A stretch of DNA of 64,000 bases from Fibrobacteria bacterium (GTDB lineage Bacteria; Fibrobacterota; Fibrobacteria; UBA11236): the NCBI GenBank assembly GCA_025360005.1, contig JANYDA010000057.1, positions 15,065 to 79,064 of the forward strand, given 5' to 3'. Below the pieces are notes generated by a model, which saw nothing but the letters and a program-made list of their open reading frames with translations, was not told where the DNA came from and made no database searches. Position 1 is the stretch's first letter. Each line of letters begins with the position of its first letter. Made by a program: the position numbers and the translations under genes. Positions 20,095-28,932 of the stretch are shown one piece after another.

Positions 20095-21810
20095 ATGGGC
20101 GCATGGGACCGGGCCCCCGGGCCCCACCGTCCTTCCGTGCATCCCACCGCGGGCGGAACCCGCAAGGGATGGGACAGGGTAACCGCGCCGCTACTGGGCT
20201 GGGCCGCGTTCGCGGCCGTTTATTTCCTCCTCGCCTTCCGGCCCGGCATCGTCCGTAGCGACGATTTCGGCTATCTCCGCAGCGTCATCGGGACTTTGCG
20301 CGCGGGCCGCCCGTTCCTGGATGATTGGCTGGAGCCGTTCAGCGCGGTGTTTTCCTCGGCCTGCGCGCTGCTCTACCGGCTTACCGGCAGTTTTCTCCTT
20401 TCCACCTGGGGCTTCCAGGCGGCCTGCGCGCTGGCGCTGTATCCGTTGCTGTACCGCCTCTTGGCCGTACGCCTGCAACCCCGGCACGCGGCCCTATCGG
20501 CGTTGGCCATGGCCGGTTTACCCTTGTATCTGGCCAAGGCGGCCGATTTCCACGCGGGCATCTGCACCTTGGATCTGTTTCTGGCCTCGTTGATCCTTTT
20601 CGAGACGGATCGGATGGGCTGGTTCTATGCGGCGGCGTTCCTGGCTTTCGCCAATCGCCAGAACCAGATTTGCCTGCTGATCCTGCCCGCGTGGAAATGG
20701 TTCTTCCCCATGCCGGCCGGCAAGTCCCGGCGCCGGACCGCGGATGTTGTCGCGCCGTGCCTATACGCGTTGGCGGCCCTGGCGCTGACGCTGGCCATGA
20801 ACGGAACCTATGCCGCGCGGAACGCGGGATTCCGGCATAGCGCGCCGGGGCCGCTGCTGGCCGCCTTCGCCTCCGCGGCCATCGCCGGCGGCCTGCTGAG
20901 CTTGGGCTGGCTTTCCGCCTTCTCTTTTCTCCGCGGCCGCCCGGGTCCGCTCGCAAACGCGCGGTGGCGGTTTCCGGCCGCGGCAAGCCTGGCGGTGCTG
21001 GCTTTTCTTCCCTGGTGGGATCCATCGCTGCTGCGGATGGATACTCCCATGTTCGGCTATCTGGGCTGGTCCCGGGTCAATTTTGCCTTGCCCTGGATCT
21101 TGATTGCTTCTTACTGGCTGCTCGATTTCCGGCTTTTGCGCCCCAGGCCCTACCTGGCCCTGATCGGGGGTTACGTGCTGGTTACCTCGCTGCGGGGGAT
21201 CTGGTGGGACTATTATTTCCTGGAAATCGCGTTGCTCTGCCTGCTCCTGGCCTTGCAAGGCCCCGGGATTTCCGGCATGGATCTGCCCGGGCCCGCCCTC
21301 GTGTTCCTGGGCGCGTTGCTGGCGGCCGATATCGGTTATGCCTATCTCCTCAAGGTGCAATCCGATAAGCAGCGGCTGGCCGTGGTAATCCTGGAAGGCC
21401 TGGAACGCCAAGACCGCGTGCGCGTGGATCGCATGACGGGGGCCCCCTTCGGGTTGCTGGGATGGAAGCTGTTCGGTTATTTCACCTCCCACGAAGGCCG
21501 CGACTACGGGGAGTTGGCGGACTTCCTGGGTTATGTGCGCAAGGACAGGGTGACGGTGGAAACCCAGTTGCCATGGCGGCGGGCCTTCAAGTCCGCATTG
21601 CCCGCGCAAGCGGTGATGATCGACAGCGGTTTCTGCCGGGTGGGGTTTGCCAGCGTCCGTTACCGGGTGGCGGATTTGCATGGACCGGATTCCGGCGTCC
21701 AGGCGCAGGGACGCTTTCTGGTTTTGGATTCCGCCCGCTATCGTCCCCTGCGTTTCCCGTTGGACGATGGGGAGTGGAAGGAATACCTGGATGTTCCGGG
21801 CCGCAGGTAA
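20095..21810 (+). CDS. GT-C-like polytopic membrane protein, tandem paralog 1
   Basis: Start chosen at 20095. First-loop motif GIVRSDDFGYLRSV, ~10 TM, conserved C-terminal soluble domain (VDRMTGAPFGLLGWKLF...ETQLPWRRAFK) shared with the downstream paralog. Confidence 0.55.
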   Translation: MGAWDRAPGPHRPSVHPTAGGTRKGWDRVTAPLLGWAAFAAVYFLLAFRPGIVRSDDFGYLRSVIGTLRAGRPFLDDWLEPFSAVFSSACALLYRLTGSFLLSTWGFQAACALALYPLLYRLLAVRLQPRHAALSALAMAGLPLYLAKAADFHAGICTLDLFLASLILFETDRMGWFYAAAFLAFANRQNQICLLILPAWKWFFPMPAGKSRRRTADVVAPCLYALAALALTLAMNGTYAARNAGFRHSAPGPLLAAFASAAIAGGLLSLGWLSAFSFLRGRPGPLANARWRFPAAASLAVLAFLPWWDPSLLRMDTPMFGYLGWSRVNFALPWILIASYWLLDFRLLRPRPYLALIGGYVLVTSLRGIWWDYYFLEIALLCLLLALQGPGISGMDLPGPALVFLGALLAADIGYAYLLKVQSDKQRLAVVILEGLERQDRVRVDRMTGAPFGLLGWKLFGYFTSHEGRDYGELADFLGYVRKDRVTVETQLPWRRAFKSALPAQAVMIDSGFCRVGFASVRYRVADLHGPDSGVQAQGRFLVLDSARYRPLRFPLDDGEWKEYLDVPGRR

Positions 21811-21811
21811 C

Positions 21812-23539
21812 ATGCGCAAGACGTATGCCTTTCCGCTGTGGCCCGTGCTGGGATTCTGCGCCTATTCCCTGCTGTACTTCCCCTTGCTGTACCATCCCGG
21901 ACTGGTCCGCCTGGATGACTTCGGATATTTGCAAAGCGTGGCGGAAACCCTGGTCCGGCATCGCCCCTTCACGCACGATTCGCTGGAGCCGTACGGCGCC
22001 ACCATGTCCGTGCTGGGAGCTTTGATCTATGCGGTCACGGGCGATTTCCCTTTCGCCACCTGGGGCCTGCAAGCGTTGTTCGCGGGCGCGAATTTCTTCC
22101 TCCTATACGCGTTGATCCGGCCGAGGCTGGGTCCGCGCGGCGCGTCCCTGTCCGCGCTTTTGCTGGCGACCCAGCCCATCTACTGGTACAAGTGCGCAGA
22201 GTACACCGGCAACGTTTTCACCATGGCGTTCGTACTGGCGGCGCTGTTGGCCTACCGGCGCGGCCGCTGGGGCTGGTTCTTCCCCCTGGTTTTCCTGGCC
22301 TTCGCCAACCGCCAGAACAGCGTGGCCATGCTGGCGCTACCGGCCTTCCAGCTGGCGTTTGATCGAACCATGCCCGCATCCGTTAAGGCCCGGTTATGGA
22401 TCGGCGTGGCCGCGTTCGTCGCGGCCGGCCTTGGCCTGCATGCCATCATGAACCATACCGTGGCTCAAGCCCAGAACATCTATGCGGTTCTGGACGCGCG
22501 CAAATGCCTGCTCATCGTCCGCGCCGGGTTCATCGGCTTATGCCTGGGCCTGGCCTGGCTTTCCTGCCTGGGTTTGCTGCTGGGGAAAAACGCCTTGGCC
22601 AACCTGCGCGCCAACCTTTCGCGTCCCTGGCTGCCGCTGGCCGCCACCTGCGGCTTTCTGGCGCTGTTGCTGCCTTCCTCGCTGCCCCATTTGCGATCGC
22701 ATCCCTATGTGGAGTTCTGCGCCCCTTTGCTATTGGACTTGGACGCGCGCATCCATTTGCAATGGTTCCTGGCCGCGTTGGTTCCCGGCCTGCTATGGGC
22801 GCTGGACTGGCGCGCCGCCTCGCGGCCCACCCCGGCCATGGCTTTGTTCCTGGGCTATGTGGCCGTAAGCGGTCTCAGGGCGTTCTGGTACGATTTCTAT
22901 CTCATCGATCTGGCCCTGGCCGCATTGTTCCTGCTGCTGGAGGACGGAGGCGCGCTGCGGCCCGTCCGGATCGCGCCGCTGCTGGCGGGGTTCATCCTGC
23001 TTGCGCATATCGCCTGGGGCTACGGCTTCAAGATCCTGGCGGACAAGGAAATGCTTTCCTTGCGTTCCTATGAAGGCATGGAAAGGGATCGCGGCTTGCC
23101 GGTGGATCGCATGACGGGAGCGCCCTGGGGGTACCTGGGATGGAAACTCTACGATCATCTCGTTTCCCATTCGGATACGGATGCGCGCAAGAGTTTCGGC
23201 TGCTATATGCTGGCCGACCAGGTGGTGGTGGAAACGCAGTTGCCCTGGAGGCGGAGCTATAAGCGGAGCGTGTTGCCGCCGCAGGCCCTTATCCTGGAAG
23301 CGGGGAAGACGCCCATCGGCGGATTTCCGGTGCCGTATCGCGTCCTGGATTTGAGGAGGGCGGGGTCGCCGCCGGGGGATCCGGCATGTTACCTTTCCCT
23401 GGAAGGCGCGCAATATCGCAGCAAACCTTTCCCCCTCGATGCCGCGGAATGGTCCGCCTATATCCGGGAGCGGCGCCGGAATTACGGGTCCGGGACCGGC
23501 ACCGGTGCCTCCCTCCCACGGCCCGCAAGTCCCTTCTGA
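21812..23539 (+). CDS. GT-C-like polytopic membrane protein, tandem paralog 2
   Basis: Start chosen at MRKTYAFPLW, 1 nt after the paralog-1 stop. GLVRLDDFGYLQSV motif and C-terminal VDRMTGAPWGYLGWKLY...ETQLPWRRSYK are co-linear with paralog 1. Confidence 0.55.
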   Translation: MRKTYAFPLWPVLGFCAYSLLYFPLLYHPGLVRLDDFGYLQSVAETLVRHRPFTHDSLEPYGATMSVLGALIYAVTGDFPFATWGLQALFAGANFFLLYALIRPRLGPRGASLSALLLATQPIYWYKCAEYTGNVFTMAFVLAALLAYRRGRWGWFFPLVFLAFANRQNSVAMLALPAFQLAFDRTMPASVKARLWIGVAAFVAAGLGLHAIMNHTVAQAQNIYAVLDARKCLLIVRAGFIGLCLGLAWLSCLGLLLGKNALANLRANLSRPWLPLAATCGFLALLLPSSLPHLRSHPYVEFCAPLLLDLDARIHLQWFLAALVPGLLWALDWRAASRPTPAMALFLGYVAVSGLRAFWYDFYLIDLALAALFLLLEDGGALRPVRIAPLLAGFILLAHIAWGYGFKILADKEMLSLRSYEGMERDRGLPVDRMTGAPWGYLGWKLYDHLVSHSDTDARKSFGCYMLADQVVVETQLPWRRSYKRSVLPPQALILEAGKTPIGGFPVPYRVLDLRRAGSPPGDPACYLSLEGAQYRSKPFPLDAAEWSAYIRERRRNYGSGTGTGASLPRPASPF

Positions 23540-23633
23540 TGCCTTTCGGAAGCATTTCGGGGCCGGGTTTTTAGCTATTGGGACTTAGCAGCGGGGTTGG
23601 CCGGGATGATCCGCCGCTTCCGTCCGCGTCCGG

Positions 23634-23664
23634 TTGACAACCCCCGGGGTAGCGGAGTTACATT
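23634..23664 (+). promoter_or_regulatory. Candidate sigma70-like promoter (TTGACA-N19-TACATT) for the cimA leader
   Basis: TTGACA at 23634–23639 and TACATT at 23659–23664; the predicted TSS would fall at or next to the leader-peptide ATG (leaderless leader peptide). Confidence 0.3.
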
Positions 23665-23671
23665 GGGGAAC

Positions 23672-23737
23672 ATGAACCGCCGGTATGCCATCCTGATTAT
23701 TCGAATTAGCATCGGAGCATCGAGCGGACTTTTGTAG
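23672..23737 (+). CDS. Ile-rich leader peptide (MNRRYAILIIRISIGASSGLL) of a putative attenuator
   Basis: 21-codon ORF with 5 Ile and 1 Leu within 9 codons (AILIIRISI), ending 22 nt before a strong intrinsic terminator just upstream of citramalate synthase. Confidence 0.5.
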   Translation: MNRRYAILIIRISIGASSGLL

Positions 23738-23758
23738 GCGTCCACCTACTGCCATTGG

Positions 23759-23792
23759 CAAAGCCCGCTCCCAGGAGCGGGCTTTTTTTTTG
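23759..23792 (+). terminator. Rho-independent terminator (attenuator terminator) upstream of cimA
   Basis: aaAGCCCGCTCCcaGGAGCGGGCTTTTTTTTT: 10-bp GC stem plus 9-T run, with the cimA ATG about 27 nt downstream. Confidence 0.7.
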
Positions 23793-23818
23793 CCTTGCCG
23801 GGCCGAGAAAGGTCGAAG

Positions 23819-25393
23819 ATGAAACAGGTTAAGATATACGATACCACCCTGCGGGACGGGAACCAGGCCAAGGGCCTCTCCTTTTCCCTGGAGGACAAGA
23901 TTGCCGTGGCGCGCAAGCTGGATCAGTTCGGAGTGGACTACATCGAAGGCGGCTGGCCCAATCCCACCAACCCGCTGGACATCGAATTCTTCGCGCGCGC
24001 CCAGCGCATGGAATGGCGCCATGCCAGGATCGCCGCCTTCGGCAGCACCTGCCGCCCCAAAGGCAATCCCGCCAACGACATGATCCTCAAGCACCTGGTG
24101 GACACCAAGGCGCCCGTCATCACCATATTCGGCAAGAGCTGGGACCTCCATGTAACGGAGGTGTTACGTACCACCCTGGAAGAGAACCTGCGGATGATCC
24201 GGGAATCCGTGGCCTTCCTCAAGCAACATGCGCAGGAAGTGGTGTACGATGCGGAGCATTTCTTCGACGGCTACCAGGGCAATCCCGAATATGCGACCCT
24301 GGCGCTGGAAGCGGCCCGGGACGGCGGCGCGGACGTGATCGTGCTGTGCGATACCAACGGCGGGCAATTGCCATGGCGCGTGGAGGAACTGACGGCCAAG
24401 ATGAAAGCCCACCTGGGCCGGCCAATCGGCATCCATGCCCATAACGATACCGGCACCGGCGTGGTCAACGCGCTGGCTTCCGTGCGCGCCGGCGCCGTGC
24501 AGGTGCAAGGCACCATCAACGGCTACGGCGAGCGTTGCGGGAATGCCAACCTCACCGTCATCATCCCGGCCTTGCAGCTGAAGATGGGCATCCCCGTGGT
24601 AGGCGAGGATCAGCTCAAGGGGCTGCGCGGACTGAGCCTGGCCGTAAGCGAGATCGCCAACCTGGCCGACGATATCCGCCAGCCTTATGTGGGTGAGGCC
24701 GCTTTCGCGCACAAGGGCGGGGCCCATATCGATGGCGTCATGAAAATCGCCCGCAGCTTCGAGCATATCGATCCGTCTTTGGTCGGCAACGCCCGCGACT
24801 TCATCGTGTCCAATCAGAGCGGCAGCAGTCTGGTGTGGGACAAGATCAACGCCATCGTCCCCGATCTGGACAAGCGCGGCCCCCAGGTGGCGGCCATCCT
24901 GGCGGACGTGAAGCAGAAGGAGGACGAGGGGTACCATTTCGAAATCGCCGACGCCAGTTTCCAACTTCTCGCGCGCCGCAAGCTGGGTATGTGGCAGGAT
25001 CGCTTCGAGTTCCTGGGCTTTCGTTCCATCGAGGAGCGCCGCGAGAACGGAGAGGTCTATTCGGAATTCACCATCAAGCTCAAGGTGGGGGAAGAGGTTG
25101 AGCATACCGCCGCGGAAGGCAACGGTCCCGTGGACGCCATGAACGCGGCCACCTGGAAGGCCCTGCGCCGCTTCTTCCCGGCCTTGGCCAACATCGGGGT
25201 CATCGACTACAAGGTGCGCGTGCTGGACAACAACAAGGGCACCGGCGCTAAAGTGCGGGTGTGGATCCGCTTCCATGATCGCACCCGGCCGGAGCAGGAA
25301 CCCTGGGGCACACTGGGCGTATCCACCAACATCATCGAAGCCTCCTGGCTCGCGCTTCTGGATGGAATCAACTACAAACTCCTGCAAGGATGA
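23819..25393 (+). CDS. cimA: (R)-citramalate synthase / 2-isopropylmalate synthase family (CimA-like, with LeuA-type C-terminal regulatory domain)
   Basis: Start chosen at MKQVKIYDTTLRDGNQ; HxH metal site GIHAHNDTGTGV; ~525 aa with C-terminal LeuA_dimer-like domain characteristic of CimA. Confidence 0.8.
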   Translation: MKQVKIYDTTLRDGNQAKGLSFSLEDKIAVARKLDQFGVDYIEGGWPNPTNPLDIEFFARAQRMEWRHARIAAFGSTCRPKGNPANDMILKHLVDTKAPVITIFGKSWDLHVTEVLRTTLEENLRMIRESVAFLKQHAQEVVYDAEHFFDGYQGNPEYATLALEAARDGGADVIVLCDTNGGQLPWRVEELTAKMKAHLGRPIGIHAHNDTGTGVVNALASVRAGAVQVQGTINGYGERCGNANLTVIIPALQLKMGIPVVGEDQLKGLRGLSLAVSEIANLADDIRQPYVGEAAFAHKGGAHIDGVMKIARSFEHIDPSLVGNARDFIVSNQSGSSLVWDKINAIVPDLDKRGPQVAAILADVKQKEDEGYHFEIADASFQLLARRKLGMWQDRFEFLGFRSIEERRENGEVYSEFTIKLKVGEEVEHTAAEGNGPVDAMNAATWKALRRFFPALANIGVIDYKVRVLDNNKGTGAKVRVWIRFHDRTRPEQEPWGTLGVSTNIIEASWLALLDGINYKLLQG

Positions 25394-25400
25394 GGTAACG

Positions 25401-26252
25401 ATGGACTCGACTAAACAAACCGGTAATCCCATAGCGCCGACTGCGCCCATCGCCCCGCTTTCTCCGTCGGCTCCGCTGCCGCCGCCCGGGCGGGATGCAT
25501 TCGCCATGCCGCAAACCTGGAATCCGGATCGCTATATCGCCAATGCCCGCTTCGTCGCGGAGCTGGGGATGGGGGTGGTGGAGTTGCTGGCGCCCGTGGC
25601 GGGCGAACGCATTCTGGATGTGGGTTGCGGGGACGGCTTCCTCACCGCCAAGCTGGCTGCCATGGGCTGCAAGGTGATGGGTATCGACGCCAGCTCGGCG
25701 CAGGTGGACGCAGCCCGCAAATCGGGCTTGGACGCCCGCGTGGTGGATGCGGAAACTATGGCCTTTACGGAAGATTTCGATGCGGTATTCAGCAATGCCA
25801 CCTTGCATTGGATGCGCAAGCCCGACGCCGCCATCGACGGGGTATGGCGCGCCCTCAAGCCCGGAGGCCGTTTCGTGGGCGAGTGCGGCGGCGCGGGTTG
25901 CGTGGCGGAGATCCGCGCCGCGCTTGGACGCGCGCTGGCCAAACGCGGGCAGGACTTCGATGCCCTGAACCCCTGGTACTTCGCCACTGCCGAAGAATAC
26001 GGGGCCAAGCTGGCTGCCCGCGGATTCAAGGTGGAAAGCATCCTGGTCTTTCCGCGGCCCACGCCTTTGCCCGGGGAAATGCGGGCTTGGCTGGAAACCT
26101 TCGCCGAGAATTTCATGAAAGGCATCCGGCCGGAAGAGCGCGCCGCATTCCTAACCGAAGTCCAGGAGGACCTGCGTCCAGTCTTGTGCGATGCGGAGGG
26201 CCAGTGGAGCGCGGACTATACGCGCCTGCGCTTCCGGGCCGTCAAACCTTAG
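25401..26252 (+). CDS. Class I SAM-dependent methyltransferase (Tam/trans-aconitate MT-like)
   Basis: Start chosen at MDSTKQ; motif I ILDVGCGDGFLTAKL; NATLHWM. Confidence 0.75.
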   Translation: MDSTKQTGNPIAPTAPIAPLSPSAPLPPPGRDAFAMPQTWNPDRYIANARFVAELGMGVVELLAPVAGERILDVGCGDGFLTAKLAAMGCKVMGIDASSAQVDAARKSGLDARVVDAETMAFTEDFDAVFSNATLHWMRKPDAAIDGVWRALKPGGRFVGECGGAGCVAEIRAALGRALAKRGQDFDALNPWYFATAEEYGAKLAARGFKVESILVFPRPTPLPGEMRAWLETFAENFMKGIRPEERAAFLTEVQEDLRPVLCDAEGQWSADYTRLRFRAVKP

Positions 26253-26286
26253 TTTATAGGCCGCATTTGCTAACTTTGTCCGCATC

Positions 26287-27576
26287 ATGAAGACATCCCA
26301 GCCCATGCGCATTGTCCGCGTTTCCAGCCTCAAGCACCCGGATGTCCGGGCCATCACCTCCCGCGAGCCCAGCCCTTCCCCGGAAATCACCAAAGCGGTC
26401 AAGGACATCCTGGCGGACGTGAAAAGCATCGGCCATGCGGCGGCCCTGGGGTACGCGCGCAAGTTCGACGGCCTCCAGGGTAACCTGGCGGTTTCGGCGG
26501 GGGAGCTGGACAAGAAGGCGCGAGGCCTGGATCCGCAGGTGAAAAAAGCCATCAAGGGCGCTATCGCCAACGTACGCCGGTTCCATCAGCGCCAGGCCGA
26601 GAAATCCTGGCGGTTCACGGGGCCGGACGGCGAGACCCTGGGCCAGATCATCCGCCCGCTCAAGCGCGTAGGCCTTTACGTTCCCGGCGGCGCCGGCGTC
26701 TATCCCTCCACCCTGATCATGAACGCGGTCCCGGCGCGCGTGGCCGGCGTCAGGGAAATCGCCGTGGTCACGCCCGCCGCCAAAGGCTTGCATCCCGCCA
26801 TCGCTTTCGCCGCCCGCGAGCTGGGCATCACCGAGGTCTACCGCATCGGCGGGGCCCAAGCGGTGGCCATGCTCGCTTTCGGGACCAAAAAAGTGCCCCG
26901 GGTCGACAAGATAGTGGGGCCGGGTAACGTCTATGCTACCCTGGCCAAGAAGGAAGTCTTCGGCACGGTGGACATCGATATGATCGCCGGCCCATCCGAG
27001 ATCCTGGTGCTGGCCGATGAAACCGCCGACCCGGACTGGGTCGCAGCCGATCTCCTGTCCCAGGCGGAACACGGCTCCGGCTATGAAGCCGCCATCTGCA
27101 TCACCACATCCGCCAAGGCGGCCGCCTGGATCGCGGACTGCGTGGCCCAGCAAGTGGAGGCTTCGCCCAAACGCGCAGTCCTGGAAAAGAGCCTGTCCCG
27201 TTTCGGCCGCATCTACCTGGTTCCGGACTGGAAGTTCGGCTGCGCCCTGGCGGATGCCATCGCCCCGGAACACATGGAAATCCTCACCGCCAGGCCGGAG
27301 GCCCTTTCCGCGCGCATCCGCAATGCCGGCGCTATTTTCCTGGGCGCTTATTCATCGGAACCCGTCGGCGATTACTTCGCGGGTCCCAACCACGTGCTGC
27401 CCACCAACGGTTCCGCGCGTTTCTTCTCGCCGCTGGGAACCTACGATTTCTACAAGCGCACCAGCCTCATCAACTATACCCCTAAGGCCCTCAGGAAACA
27501 CGGAGCCCTGATAGCCGCCTTGGCTGACGCCGAAGGCTTCCACCACCACGCCCAGGCCGTCCGCAAACGACTCTAG
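26287..27576 (+). CDS. hisD: Histidinol dehydrogenase
   Basis: 429 aa with HisD signatures ([22 protein letters not shown]...[15 protein letters not shown]...QAEHG). Confidence 0.95.
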   Translation: MKTSQPMRIVRVSSLKHPDVRAITSREPSPSPEITKAVKDILADVKSIGHAAALGYARKFDGLQGNLAVSAGELDKKARGLDPQVKKAIKGAIANVRRFHQRQAEKSWRFTGPDGETLGQIIRPLKRVGLYVPGGAGVYPSTLIMNAVPARVAGVREIAVVTPAAKGLHPAIAFAARELGITEVYRIGGAQAVAMLAFGTKKVPRVDKIVGPGNVYATLAKKEVFGTVDIDMIAGPSEILVLADETADPDWVAADLLSQAEHGSGYEAAICITTSAKAAAWIADCVAQQVEASPKRAVLEKSLSRFGRIYLVPDWKFGCALADAIAPEHMEILTARPEALSARIRNAGAIFLGAYSSEPVGDYFAGPNHVLPTNGSARFFSPLGTYDFYKRTSLINYTPKALRKHGALIAALADAEGFHHHAQAVRKRL

Positions 27577-27587
27577 TCGGGGGCCGT

Positions 27588-28169
27588 ATGCCGAACCGGA
27601 TAAAATCCGTTATCAGTCTGGCGATGGTTCTCAACCTGGGCTATTTCATGATTGAATTCGCCGTGGCCCTGGCCATCCATTCGGTGGCGCTGTTCGCGGA
27701 CAGCATAGATTTTCTGGAAGATGGAATGGTCAACATGCTTATCCTGCTGGCGCTCGGTTGGAGCCTGCGGCGCCGTTCCCGCGTTGGCGTGGCCTTAGCA
27801 GTCATCCTGATGCTGCCGAGCCTGGCAACGCTGTGGACCGCATGGCGGCAGGCCCATCTGCATGCGGCTCCCTCCCCGATTCCGATTACCCTGACGGGAG
27901 CGGGAGCCCTGCTGGTGAATTTCTCCTGCGCGATGATGCTTTCCCGCTATCGCCACCATGCGGGCAGCCTTACCAAGGCGGCCTTCCTTTCCGCCCGCAA
28001 CGATGTATTGGCGAACATCGCCATAATCACAGCAGGCGTTATTACCATCGCGTATCCATCCATTTGGCCGGACTTGCTAGTGGGGCTTGGCATCGCCGCC
28101 ATGAACGCCGACGCGGCCCGGGAAGTCTGGACAGCCGCCCGCGGAGAACATAGAGCGGCCAAACCTTGA
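27588..28169 (+). CDS. Cation diffusion facilitator family transporter, short form lacking the cytoplasmic C-terminal domain
   Basis: CDF signature in TM1–2 (LNLGYFMIEFAVALAIHSVALFADSIDFLED) but only 193 aa (TM domain only). Confidence 0.65.
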   Translation: MPNRIKSVISLAMVLNLGYFMIEFAVALAIHSVALFADSIDFLEDGMVNMLILLALGWSLRRRSRVGVALAVILMLPSLATLWTAWRQAHLHAAPSPIPITLTGAGALLVNFSCAMMLSRYRHHAGSLTKAAFLSARNDVLANIAIITAGVITIAYPSIWPDLLVGLGIAAMNADAAREVWTAARGEHRAAKP

Positions 28170-28239
28170 TACCCGGCTGAAACTTCCGTCCAAAACCCAA
28201 CCTCTTCTCGGCCTCAAAGGCTGCGAGATGGGGCAGGGT

Positions 28240-28257
28240 GGGCGCGGGCCTGCGCCC
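28240..28257. terminator. GC hairpin between convergent genes (possible bidirectional terminator)
   Basis: GGGCGCgggcctGCGCCC between the CDF transporter (+) and the lipoprotein (−) 3' ends; no clear U-run. Confidence 0.3.
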
Positions 28258-28264
28258 CCACAGA

Positions 28265-28675
28265 CTACTCCGTCTTAAGCCACTTGATCCACTTGTCCGG
28301 CTTCCCATTGGAAGCCGCCAGCAGGGATTCATACGAGGTAGCATCCACGTTACGCACGGGGATCTTCAGCTGGGAGGAATCCCTGCCCCAGGCCGGCAGG
28401 GAATCGTGGCAATTGGCGCGATTGCGGATTTGCTCATAGGTCAGGGTCAGGGTCCCGCCGTCCTGGATCCATTTCCCCGTCATTTCCATCAAGAGGCAAT
28501 GGTCCACCACGTGCTTTTCCTCGAAAGTGCCTTGGGCCAGGAATTGCCGCTCCATGCTGTAGTTCTGACTGCTATACTCCTGATCGGCCACGGCGTATTT
28601 ACCGGATCCCAGCTTGCCCACCCGGCCGCATTGGGATAGGATAAGGCAAAGCATGATGAGGAGTGGTTGCTTCAA
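28265..28675 (-). CDS. Small putative lipoprotein, unknown function
   Basis: Probable start MKQPLLIMLCLILSQC (TTG at 28675) or ATG at 28654; signal peptide with Cys; no recognisable domain. Confidence 0.4.
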   Translation of the reverse strand: MKQPLLIMLCLILSQCGRVGKLGSGKYAVADQEYSSQNYSMERQFLAQGTFEEKHVVDHCLLMEMTGKWIQDGGTLTLTYEQIRNRANCHDSLPAWGRDSSQLKIPVRNVDATSYESLLAASNGKPDKWIKWLKTE

Positions 28676-28932
28676 GATCGACCTCCGGCTGGCCGACCGG
28701 AATCCCCCGGACGGCGCCCGGTGATTATCCGAAATCGGCGGGGCAAGGGGAATAGCGGATTGGAAAATCCCCCTCAAAGGCGGATCCGGGCACAATGGAT
28801 TTTGTAAAAAAGGTGTATTTGTAAATAGATGTAACCTTTGGCCCCTACCCATAGGCAATCCGGCCGGATGTTGGTTTAATTAGCTCAAGCGAACGACACG
28901 GCCCATTCCTATCGTTAAAAGGACATCCTACC

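Noticed and set aside
23540-23580. Possible terminator after the GT-C paralog operon (GGGGCCGGGTTTTT)
   Set aside because: T-run present but I could not find a convincing self-complementary stem immediately upstream; left unannotated.
24164-25507. 447-aa minus-strand ORF
   Set aside because: Antisense to citramalate synthase; composition-driven.
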